Source of the DNA: Amoebophrya sp. A120
Lineage: Eukaryota; Protista; Dinoflagellata
Direction: 5' to 3'
Length of the DNA stretch: 64,000 nucleotides
NCBI GenBank assembly: GCA_905178155.1
Contig: CAJINV010000001.1
Span: 1,539,904-1,603,903, forward strand
Numbering within the stretch: position 1 is the first letter of the stretch; every line of letters begins with the position of its first letter. The notes under the pieces are model-generated. The model was not told the DNA's origin, searched no databases, and saw only the letters and a list, made by a program, of their open reading frames with translations. Both the position numbers and the translations under genes were made by a program. Shown one piece after another: positions 12,142 to 22,636 of this stretch.

Positions 12142-15100
12142 ATGGGCGCCGCATGTTGCACCTCGGGTCTGCGCCAGAAGTGCCACAGTGAAGAAGGTAC
12201 GAAGGGAAGACAGAACCGGGAGAACACGAGCGTCTCTGATTTTTCACTTGTTCAGGGAACTAGTCCAACGACCGTTGCCTTCACAAATGATCATGCTAGC
12301 GCAACCGATAATTCGCTGCTGGCCGCGTCGGAATTCAATTTCTACAAAACGAACCACCTGCGCCCCTTTATCGTCGACGCGCTGCCGTTCCATTCCGATG
12401 CGGTCGTGGCAGCCGTGTTTGGGTTTTTGCAGGAGAAAAACAGCGTCGAGTTGTTCCTACTCTCGCGGCTCCGCGAGGGAATCAAAATAGAGCCAGCAAA
12501 GCAAACTGCAAGGGAAGGCTACCACTACAGAGCGGCTGATCACATTCGTGAGCCAGGAGGTCAACATGGGAACAAATATGGAGTAGATGAATCCCGCCCT
12601 AAAGTAGATGGGCAAAAGGTGCAACCTGAATCTGAAAGTTTACAGCTCCAAAACCAAAGCCTGCTCCTGCTGAACACAAAAATCGATCCTATGTGGTCGG
12701 CGCTGCCGTTACCCCCGTCTAGTACACTGCTGAACGCACGACCACCTGCGAGGACAATAGAACCTGCGCTGTGGCGGAGAGCAAGAGAATGGGGATTAGA
12801 TGAACAATTTCGCGGCATCCAAGTTCGTCTGACGAATAAGCTTGGCGGCCAGAATTTCCATGCAGAAACTGCAAAAGATTTACACGCGTGCGCCACTCAA
12901 TTAGTCGGCACAGCACTCGCGCTTGCCATAGTTTACGATGTTGCATCCGCACCCGCGGCGAGAAAGGTGCAGAAGACTTTGACGCAAAGGCAAGTCCAAC
13001 AGCAAAACGATAAAGGCAGATGCGATATTCAGATCTCAGATCGCGCGAATCGCGAGTGCAGCAGACTGTTGCATCGTTTGGAGCAAATTGTGCTGTCCGA
13101 AGATCAACTCTATCGACACGTAAGGTTTGCTTCGTCAGACAGTGGCAGTGAAGAAAACCAAAACGAAAACTTCGTGGTGGCGCCCACGACTACATGTTGT
13201 AGTACGTCTCCCCCAGCAGAAATCGGCGGAGCCACGGGCGCACCTTTTCGTCCTCGTCGGCGAAAAGAGGACACGGCGGCGCTTCAAAAAGAGCCACAGG
13301 TAGAAGCCCCGAACGCCGAAGTAGAGAACAAAACTCCAGCGCAAAGCAAGCACGGACGACGGAAGAAATGGAAGCGACAGCCGCGCAAAAACAAAAAGCA
13401 GCTACCGACGGTGTTGACCCTTCGTGCGTATGCAGAGAAGGATGCTACTTCCAAAAGTGGCAAAAACAAGCTCAACCACCGACGCCTGGGCGTGCAAAAC
13501 GGGGAAAATGAAAAGGAGTGCCAGAACTCGTCAGGCTCAGCGGCGAAAGCTCGCGCTGCAGAAACTTCTACACAGGCCGAGGAGCCGGCCAGCCCGGTGT
13601 TTGGTGCATTGGAAATAAAAGCGGAGAAAGTGAAAGTTCAACAGCCCCAATTGGTGGATGTTTCCACGGAGGTAGTGGACGACGAGACAGACACGAACTC
13701 TACCTGCCAAGATACCGATACCAGGACGCATTTGCTGATGAACCTTGACGAAAGGGATTTGGAAAGCGACGTTTGCTTTTACAACAACTCGACTCGCCGT
13801 GATGAGCCGTCGTCATTTTGTCCACCAATAGCATCCGGCCGTACTTCCCGCAGAACAGCTTCGATTTCCAGTTGCTCTGACGCGGGAATTGACTCCAAAA
13901 CGCGGATGAATCAGGGGCGACTAAAAAGCAGCGGCAGGAGTAGTTTTCGCCTGAGCGAATGCGACCTCAACGAAGAAGTGGCGTCGTCTATCAGCACTGC
14001 GACTGCGCCCAGCACCGCACGACCAAGAAGTTCGCGCAGAAGAACCACTAGTACAAGTAGTGCGGAAACTAGTAGTACAGAGAGAAGCAGCAGCAGCGAA
14101 GTAAGCGTCAGCACCAAACGAGTTTGCGACTCCGCACGCTTGAAGGCAGCTGCAGATCAGCAAGCGGCTTTGGATCTACAACGGAAAGAGAAACAAGCAA
14201 GAGCAGTCAGTGCGCAGCAGAATGCGGCGGAATGCGTACTGTTTCTTCTTCGGATTCTGGCGATGAACTCGTATCAGGTGGTGTCAGAGGGCTTTCTTCA
14301 CGAACAGCAAGCCAGCATCACCCGTCTCGGCGCCCGCCCCGTCAGCAACCGAGCGCAGGGGAGTGCGATGCCGCTTATTCGCTTGAACTTTGCGATTGAA
14401 AAAGTTGAAGGCTCCTCATTTTATTCAACACACGATGAATTTTTATCCTACGGCAGGAGCAACGATGATTCATTTTCGACGACGGGAGATGGGCAAGATT
14501 CGAATTATCGGGACAGAATAAAAGCAGACGACTCAAATCCCTTCACGATATCTTGCATTGGCACCTTTTTGACGAGAGCCAAGCTGAGAAGCGGCCTTGC
14601 GCAGCAGGTGGGGGATCGAAATATGAAATCGCTGGTGCGTCTTGCTTCGTCTCGGAACCTTGGAGATGACAAAAATACTCGTAGTACCAATAAAGGCATC
14701 AAGGCCCCTCGCAGGCAGTATGCAGAAAGATCCCGTCTCCAAGCGCTCGCGTTCCAGGCCGAATGCAACTCGCGGTTCGTGGCGCTGCACCTGTTGTATC
14801 ACATGATTTTGCACACGACAAGAACTGCTCCGTCTGCGAATGATCCTGGAGCGTGCGAAGATTTATTTGCACACGACGATGGTGCAGGAGCTGTCGAGAC
14901 TCTACATGTTGCTACCCGCACCGCAATCGACCTTGCGTTGACCACGTTGCTTTCCCGGAATGAGAAACTGTGTCAGTGGCTTGAGGCTCGCTCGCGGCTG
15001 AACGAGGAGCTTCACTGTCGGAACTTGCAGCTAATGCGAAGTTCCCACTACGGTCGCGCAGGCGAATCGGCATCCCCACATATTAATGCACCCCCGCACC

Positions 15101-17130
15101 ACAAGAGGCCACGTTCTCACCTTCAAAGCGGCCAAACAGACGTTCTCACAGACCGCGACCGTCTTCGCCTGGTTGCCAGCAAGCAGCTGGACCTTCTTCT
15201 CGGGGATCCCAATAAGCAGGAAAAATTTTGCCAGCGCAAAGAGGACCACGACCAAGACCAACAAGATCTGCTGGTGCAGAAGCTTCGATCTTATCTCGAG
15301 GAGGACCTTTTCCTCGACCGGGATCTTCGCACGCTGGCGGTGGAGCGCATCGTCATCGAGCAGGACAAACAGGCACTGCGACAAGTGCAAGACTTCCTGT
15401 TCCGGGTGCGGTTTTTGGCTGATGTACAGGAGAATCTGAATTTTGTGCGGAGAAGTAGAACAGCCACGGAACAAATTATGGCAACAGAAACGAGGAAAAT
15501 TTTGACTGTGCAGGAACTGGTCCGGAATTTAGAGATGGATTTCTTGGAAGCCCAGCCGTTTTTACTCGCCAGCAAAGCTTGTGTAGTTTTTCCTACCAGG
15601 AAGAATCTTCCCGGCGTCTTCACTCGGCTCGACGTGCGAGGAAAAATTTGCGATTTTTCATTTCCTGAAAAAAAGGAGCTTTTCACGAGGGGTCAAGAAG
15701 ACCCTAGAGGTAACAACGTGGACGAAGACCGCAAAGAGCCGAATCGGCATGTTGCCCGAAACTCGGTCGCCCGCCTGAGTAGAGAGGGCGCCGGCTGCTC
15801 TCCTGGGGGCGACCAGCAGTTCGGCGATCGCGCAGTATTGATGCAGAGACATCAGAATATGACGATGACAAACTCTCCCTTCTTCGACGTTCGCTCTTGT
15901 CGAGATTCCGTTGCAACGATGCGTGACACTGGTGCTCCGACCTTCTGCTGCCCCACACCCACGCAGCTGTGTACTACCGATGATGAAGACAATGACACAG
16001 TGAAAGACCTGCTAGCAGGCCTGGAGGACGATAGTCTTCGCCACCTGGGTAACCAGGTCTACTGCGCAAAAGAGACGAATTGCTTGCTGCGACGGCTGGA
16101 GTTACTGCTGACGAAAGCGAACAGTTCTTGCAGGTCCGCAATAGAACAAGTTGCGCCGACGTCACACCGTCGAGATCGAATGGTGAGAGTGATTCCGATA
16201 GAGGTCCAAGGAGATTGTCTGCCACAGCATAATATAAACTCGGCATCACCATCATCAAGCGCAGTACCACGACCTTCTCCCAACAAGCTGGCAAAATTTC
16301 TCCTGCTAGAACTGCCTCTGGGGCTTTCGCTTTCTGACCTGTCCGGAATCTTAACCCGTGTTTTGAGTTGGAAGGGTTGTGAACAGGCGGGCGGCGTGGT
16401 CACCAGCAAGCAAGAGAATTTCACCCCCCGCCGCCCATCACTTAATACGGAGGCAGGGGTGGAGGAAAAAATGCAATATCACTTTTCGCTTGAAAGTGCG
16501 CAGCAGCGGTGTCGTGAAACTGACCGCTCGTCCACGAAGAGCAGCTCCCGCAAGAGCGAATTATGTACATCGGCTCGAGCGCTCTTTGCAGAAAGCTCTG
16601 GTCCTCACGATGTCTACGGCGCCAGTACCTCCTCTCCTCCGATCTGTATCGCAACAGCGTCAGCATCGGGAAAGCGTGCTGTCAGTTTCTACCGCCGATA
16701 CCCGTACGAGATCCGCAGCACGCCCGCACGGGTATGCGTTTTGAAGATATGGCGCGGTTTGCTGCGACGAAGAAGAAAATTCGAGAAAGCAGAACAACAA
16801 GGAGCAGTGGGGTTGAAAAGAACAACGACGGGAGGAATTATAAACGCGATTTTTGAAGAAGGAGGTCCAAAAGCAGCAAGCTGCACCCACCTGCTCGGTA
16901 CACTCCGGACATCCTTGACCTGTTGCGAGGATCGGGCTCGGCTTTTGCATTTTGTCGATTCAGTCAAGAATCGTGCGGGAATAAAGAACACAAGTACTAC
17001 AACAACGCTAAGTATCCCAAGTTCCCTTCATACTCACCTGTCTCTCTTCGATCTTTTCGGTTCCGAAGGGTGCGTCTCGGAGCATCTGCCGAGGACGGAC
17101 ATGCACTGGTTGAGGTTTGGCAGAATCTGA
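12142..17130 (+). CDS. Single-exon 1662-aa protein of unknown function with N-terminal MGAACC (predicted myristoylation/palmitoylation)
   Basis: 5-kb open frame; AAAAAATG start context; Gly2 plus Cys5/Cys6; no recognised domain. Confidence 0.8.
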   Translation: MGAACCTSGLRQKCHSEEGTKGRQNRENTSVSDFSLVQGTSPTTVAFTNDHASATDNSLLAASEFNFYKTNHLRPFIVDALPFHSDAVVAAVFGFLQEKNSVELFLLSRLREGIKIEPAKQTAREGYHYRAADHIREPGGQHGNKYGVDESRPKVDGQKVQPESESLQLQNQSLLLLNTKIDPMWSALPLPPSSTLLNARPPARTIEPALWRRAREWGLDEQFRGIQVRLTNKLGGQNFHAETAKDLHACATQLVGTALALAIVYDVASAPAARKVQKTLTQRQVQQQNDKGRCDIQISDRANRECSRLLHRLEQIVLSEDQLYRHVRFASSDSGSEENQNENFVVAPTTTCCSTSPPAEIGGATGAPFRPRRRKEDTAALQKEPQVEAPNAEVENKTPAQSKHGRRKKWKRQPRKNKKQLPTVLTLRAYAEKDATSKSGKNKLNHRRLGVQNGENEKECQNSSGSAAKARAAETSTQAEEPASPVFGALEIKAEKVKVQQPQLVDVSTEVVDDETDTNSTCQDTDTRTHLLMNLDERDLESDVCFYNNSTRRDEPSSFCPPIASGRTSRRTASISSCSDAGIDSKTRMNQGRLKSSGRSSFRLSECDLNEEVASSISTATAPSTARPRSSRRRTTSTSSAETSSTERSSSSEVSVSTKRVCDSARLKAAADQQAALDLQRKEKQARAVSAQQNAAECVLFLLRILAMNSYQVVSEGFLHEQQASITRLGARPVSNRAQGSAMPLIRLNFAIEKVEGSSFYSTHDEFLSYGRSNDDSFSTTGDGQDSNYRDRIKADDSNPFTISCIGTFLTRAKLRSGLAQQVGDRNMKSLVRLASSRNLGDDKNTRSTNKGIKAPRRQYAERSRLQALAFQAECNSRFVALHLLYHMILHTTRTAPSANDPGACEDLFAHDDGAGAVETLHVATRTAIDLALTTLLSRNEKLCQWLEARSRLNEELHCRNLQLMRSSHYGRAGESASPHINAPPHHKRPRSHLQSGQTDVLTDRDRLRLVASKQLDLLLGDPNKQEKFCQRKEDHDQDQQDLLVQKLRSYLEEDLFLDRDLRTLAVERIVIEQDKQALRQVQDFLFRVRFLADVQENLNFVRRSRTATEQIMATETRKILTVQELVRNLEMDFLEAQPFLLASKACVVFPTRKNLPGVFTRLDVRGKICDFSFPEKKELFTRGQEDPRGNNVDEDRKEPNRHVARNSVARLSREGAGCSPGGDQQFGDRAVLMQRHQNMTMTNSPFFDVRSCRDSVATMRDTGAPTFCCPTPTQLCTTDDEDNDTVKDLLAGLEDDSLRHLGNQVYCAKETNCLLRRLELLLTKANSSCRSAIEQVAPTSHRRDRMVRVIPIEVQGDCLPQHNINSASPSSSAVPRPSPNKLAKFLLLELPLGLSLSDLSGILTRVLSWKGCEQAGGVVTSKQENFTPRRPSLNTEAGVEEKMQYHFSLESAQQRCRETDRSSTKSSSRKSELCTSARALFAESSGPHDVYGASTSSPPICIATASASGKRAVSFYRRYPYEIRSTPARVCVLKIWRGLLRRRRKFEKAEQQGAVGLKRTTTGGIINAIFEEGGPKAASCTHLLGTLRTSLTCCEDRARLLHFVDSVKNRAGIKNTSTTTTLSIPSSLHTHLSLFDLFGSEGCVSEHLPRTDMHWLRFGRI

Positions 17131-17631
17131 ACGAATCGAATCTGATACGCACAAGCGACAAGTCAGGCCAGTACTTAAAGAATCTGGCGCCCCAGCACTA
17201 CGAGTATCAGATAGATATGTTCGTGTGTTCTACTTTCTTGCTTCTCAGATCAGGCCGCTGTGAAGAAGCATCGGGATCGGTACATGGAACAGGCAGTTCG
17301 TGTTACATTTTTCGGTACACAATCGCATGGAGAGGAGCAAGTGCGTTGTTATCAGAAGAAGTGATTGAATGAGAACAACAGACTCAATGTACTTAACGCC
17401 ACACCTCACAAGAGCCACACCCTTACCTAAAACTAGAGTAAGTGAAGACATTGAATCTGCATTTTTCCATGCTCCTGCAGACCCGTGGACCCCGAATTTC
17501 AAGAAACACTAGAAAAGTGCAAAGTAGAAAGTAGCGTCGGGCAGTGTGGTATTTCTGCGTACCTTATCTTCAAACACTCAGGATTTTTCGTTGTCTAGTT
17601 TTGAAGGTTTTGTGCCTTCAAGCTGCTAGCC

Positions 17632-18420
17632 ATGGGCAAAATGAGTATGAAAGCAGCCGCCTCGTCCAGTAAGAGCGCGGCAAACAAGCCCGTCGTCAAG
17701 AAGGATGCCAAGCCCGCGCCGCCGTCAAAAAAGCAAGACACGTTGGCGGGGAACAAGATGACAAAATTACTGGATCGCGATCTGATCAAGTATTTCGAGA
17801 AACTTGCCGAGCACTACGGAATTTCGCAAGTCGCGCGGGGCGACGCGAAGGCAAAGACGACGGACAAGGGCTTTCTGGAGGTGTACACGAAAAACGGGGA
17901 TGCGGGAAAGTTGGAAACCATCCCGGTAAAGACGTCGAAGCCCAACGGCGCGAACTGGAAGCAAACGCGGGACAACCGGGTGTCAGCCAAGCTCGGCCAG
18001 ATGGTGAAAATGAAGATCCCCTGGTTCCACGAGTCCGGGAAGTTGGAGGGCCTACCGACGAAAATGCACACGATCTTGATCTATCAAATGTAAAAATGTC
18101 TGGGTCTGGAAGAGTGGAAGATTTGTCATGCAGGTTTTCCATGGCTCATGAGGTCTGTAATGCATGATCTAGAATTACAGATTTTGAGAGGGCTTCCTGA
18201 TGCCTGTTCCGCATGAGGAATACCCTCTCGTCGTGGCAAAAACTGGACTCCTCTTGCCGGTCATGCATTACAGATTTTTTTCGAATCCGAAGACAGCATG
18301 ACAAGTTGCAATCTTCCAGACCCAGACACTTTTGCATTTGATATGATCATGTGGGCCTACTCGCCCTACGTATCGCAGCTCGAGGGCATTCGGGGGAAGA
18401 AATTGCTGCAGAAGTTGTAA
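17632..18420 (+). CDS. Small basic K/A-rich protein, 173 aa; exons 17632-18081 and 18349-18420
   Basis: High-GC3 ORF. Removing the introner gives ...HTILI|MWAYSPYVSQLEGIRGKKLLQKL*. Confidence 0.85.
18082..18343. mobile_element. Introner family A, body inverted relative to 7657
   Basis: TATCAAATGTAAAAATGTCTGGGTCTGGAAGA...TCTTCCAGACCCAGACACTTTTGCATTTGATA; direct repeat TGATC/TGATC. Confidence 0.93.
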
Positions 18421-19535
18421 GTTTCTCCTGGCGATCGCGATTACATGTGGTCCCGCCAAGATGAATCGGTGAACCAGATAGAGTAGCAAGGCTGCTGCTT
18501 CGACGCAGAGCAGAATTATTCCAGAGAGGTCATGATGTGTCACGATAGAATCACTACCGTCCTTCTCCTTTCAGAAAAAACAAGGTTTGAGGCGCGTACT
18601 AGCTGCCTCTTGTGTGCAGTGGACGAAAAAATGAGGTCTGTGATTCAAAAATCCGCTTATAATTCCGCACTTGGACATACAACTCTACTCATTGCCGTAC
18701 TCTTCTGGGTTTTCGCACCGCAAGTGCAAACGCCGAAATGTTTCTGTAACCTAGTACAGCTTTGCCTTTGTGTTAGTAGTTTGTGTACTACAACTACAGA
18801 GTGATTTATTTCTCAGATCAATGAGGCACTCTAGCTTTGCAAAAACGTGCCTCTGCCTGGACAAGGTTGCCAGGAAGATGGCCAGAAGGGGCAGTGTTCC
18901 AGAGCAAGTACTTAATATTTTGGCGATGCCGCTGCTTATTAATTGAATCTTCTCACAGCGAGCTACCTCGATCTTGATGTTGATGAGCTTGTGCTGTTAA
19001 AAAAATCAAGCAATGATTTCCAACATGTCGGTCTTTTCTTCATGTTCATACTGAATACTGTGCATGTCCACGTCTGTCGAACTCGATTGAGGCTTCTCTG
19101 AGATTGTTGCAAGGTGTGGAAGATGTCTCTCTTTCGCGACCCAAAGAACCCAAAACGCGGACAATTTCGCATCTACAGTCACCTTTACAGTGCCTACCAC
19201 CCTGGGTCTGCTTTCCCATTTTGAAAATTACATAGTATTGTTTTCCCCCGCGAGTTTTTGACTTTGGTCATTTTTCTTTTTATCCAGCAGGTTCGCTTGC
19301 ACATTGATTTGCTTTACAACCTCCTGCTCCAAACGCCGCAATTTTTGACTCAAAGTCTACCCGTTTGACCGTGTAACAAGAGATGTAACAAGAGTATCTT
19401 GAACAGCTACGCATTGAAACACATTTGAATTTGAAGGATATGATTATTAAGCCTGCCCGTATCCTATCTACTATCTAATTTCTTGATCGTTGTCCCTGTG
19501 GTCACAGCTGCGTCGTCTCCTCCTGCTACAAAACC

Positions 19536-21996
19536 ATGATAAAAGACCCCCGTTTGGAGCGCAAGATCGAGGAGAAGAGGCGACTTGCCGAGGAGGGTGA
19601 GACGTGGACCGTGGAGCCGCGAAAGCAGAGTTTGGTTGTACCCCGGCCGGCGGTGCAGACTGGGGAATGGGAAAACGCACCGGTTTCTACCAACGCCGAC
19701 TACCACGCCGGATGGAAATCGGAAGGCGTGGATCCGCGGTCACTGCCAACGGAATGGGAAAACCAGCCGGCGGTGAAAACCGTGGACCAGCTAGCCGGGA
19801 GTGAAGACCAGGCGAAGGGAACTACAAATGACGGTACAGCTTCAGGAGACGGCGCGAGCGCGACGCCAACTTCCGTCATGGACCGGAAATCCATGTTTGA
19901 AGCGAACAACAGACTGGCTACAGAGACGAGCTCTTCGAAGAACTCGACTGCCAGCGCATCATCGCCGAATAAGAGGAGAACCGAAATATTAAATTCCGCC
20001 TCGGCTACTTCTTCGGGAACAACGAGCCCAGCGACGTCGCCGACTGCAGCTGCAGCTGCGGATGGGAAGAGTGGAACAAATGAGCAAAAAGAAGTTCTAT
20101 TCGCGCCACCTGTCAGGACTTCAGAGGAGAGCAGTAGTAGAGATGATCCAGCACCGTCTCCGAAGCCAGCAGCCCCTTCATCCACAAGTACACCACCAAG
20201 AGAACAAAATCAAACTGATGGCGCAGCTCCTGCAACAGCAGGTACTAAAGAGCTGAACAGTCTTCGCCACCGTATCGTCACGCTCGAGGATTGCAACCGC
20301 GGCCTGGCCCGTCGCTTGGCCCAGACGAGCGAGGAGTTGTGTGTCTGCAAGGCCACACTGGACAACCTATGAAATGCAAAAGTATCGTATTACACTAGTA
20401 GAAATTGCATTACAAATATCCTTAGCATGACAAACGGAATTTGTCATTCTGTTTTAGCTTAGGAAGGCGATTTGTCATGCGTCATTGCGATTAGTACGAG
20501 TACGATACTTTTGCACAGGATACAGCCACAACCTGAGCAACCTTACCGGGGAAACGCGAAAACAGGCGCAGCCGTCCATTTTCAACACGCTCTGGTCGGA
20601 CTTCAGCCGGTCGGTGGCGAATGCGTTTGGATTGACGGAACTGACAACACGCGCCCCGCCGCCCAGCGCGATGGGAGGAGGTGCGGGAAGAACCAGGGAT
20701 GGCGGTAGAGGAGGACAAGTGCCTGGTGTTGCGAAGAGTAAAGGTTCACCGAAAAGCAAAGCTACTTTTTCTTCTGCGCCACAAAGTGCTGATTCGAAAG
20801 ACTCCAGCACCAGCTCCTCCTCATCCGCAGAGCAGGTGAACATGTCCGAGTCTGAGTTCATCGAGTTGCAACAGTGGTCTGCCGATTACGCCATGCTGGA
20901 GGAGGAGCGCAACCGGTGGATCTCGACCTGCAACGACGCACTGCTGCAGCTAAACGAGGTGCAGCAACTACTCGAGATAAAACAATTACAGTGTGACAAG
21001 TTGAAAGAAGACAAGGAACTCTTAGTCCAGAAAAGCAAAAGGACATTACGAGAGGAGATGCGCAGGTACCAGCAGCGGATACGACAAGCTTTTTTCGCTA
21101 CTACAACTGGTGGTACTGGCGCAACGACGTCCATCCGCGGCACCGCTGCGTCGACACAATCCGTCCGGACAATCTACGGAAATAACAATGCGACATCCAG
21201 TGCCTCGGTCTTCTCTACTGCGGGTAGTACTAGTGAAGTACAACTAGACCACCGCGGCTCGTCGCTTTCGCCGGATCATGCGACCAGAAATCTGTCGCAG
21301 AGAAGCTTGTCCTCTGAAGAGCTGCCTGTTGCGCGGTTAGTTTCTCCGGATAAACCCATTGACACGAACAACACCGTGGATTCCTTCATTCGGCTGGAAA
21401 CGCAAGAGTCGCCGGATCCGCGCGCGGCGGATCGGGTGTCCATGTCGCCAAGGGAGGGCGAGGGGGCTCGAAGCGGATCAAATACTGGTTTAACCGGCAC
21501 CCTGCAAGCCACCGGGTCTAACTCCTCGCTCGCAGACGTAATCCAGCAGATTGACATTATCGAGGCGGAGGAACAGAAGACGCTGGAAGAAATTTTTGAG
21601 CAAACGGACTGGGCGAAGCTGTTAGAGTGCGCCCCGCCCACCGAGGAGGAGATTGCGTTCCGGGCCCAGCAGAGCCGACGGGAAAAGAGGAAGGCTTCGG
21701 TAGCGTTGCTCGACGACAAGAGGCTGGTAGACGTGCTGGATTTGTCACCGGTTACCATGAACAGCGACGAAGATGAAAGCAAACCGCAGCAGGCGAGTTT
21801 TGGCCCCCGAGATACTGCAGCAGCAGCAGCAGCGGCAAAAGGAAAGAAGAAGGGAAAGAATGTGAACAACGCGACAGCCTCAGGTTCAAGCCAAGGGAAC
21901 AAAGCTGCGGAGAGTGGAACAAATGCAAAAAAGGGTGCGCTCACGCAACACTTTCAGCTCGAAGATCCGGAAGAGGAAGACGATGAAACTGGATAG
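19536..21996 (+). CDS. Coiled-coil, S/T-rich protein of unknown function, ~766 aa; exons 19536-20367 and 20528-21996
   Basis: ORFs 19536 and 20485 fuse in frame (ATLDN|HNLSNL) on removing the introner. Confidence 0.8.
20368..20522. mobile_element. Introner family B
   Basis: TATGAAATGCAAAAGTATCGTA...TACGATACTTTTGCACAGGATA; direct repeat CAACC/CAGCC. Confidence 0.9.
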
Positions 21997-22636
21997 TGAT
22001 TGCGATTGGAGGTCTAGATCATGCTAATCGTCGTGTATACCGACGTATCGTTACCCCGTGTATAAATATCAAATGAAATTTCTATCCCGCGACCACAGCG
22101 TCGAAATGCTATTTCACGGATCGAGAACCGCAAACACATGCGAAACGTCGATAAATAGCGACAGCGATTTTGAAAAAAAAAATGTAGAGAAAGTAGAGTC
22201 GCTCCGAAAATCGAGCTGCAGCGAAAATTTAAATTCAAACTCAACGTCAACGAAGTTAATAGCTGATGTTCAAGAACCGTATGTCGTGACCAAAAGTACA
22301 CAGATCTGAAAAATTCTTGGCGCTCCACCGCGCTCCGATCTCTAGCACCCAGATGAAAAATTATCTTTCTCACACCTACGTGGAACAAAGCGAAGTGACG
22401 AAATAAAGCAATAAAAATTACAGAAGGATCGTCTCCCGTTTGCCCATCCAAAAATGAAAAACAAAAAGTCCTTGAGGCATGTCCACTGTCACAACAAATG
22501 AATAATTTTTTCAAATTCTATTCACAGTTAGATAATAGAAGAAGTGCTGCATTCTGAGAAATTATAAGAGAGTTGTGAAAAGAAGAAAAGCAATTTTTTA
22601 GATTTCACCAACCACCACAAGCACAAAGTTTCCAAC

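Noticed and set aside
12142-17130. 1662-aa ORF as the introner transposase
   Set aside because: No DDE or other nuclease motif recognised, no flanking TIRs, and the N-terminus suggests membrane acylation.
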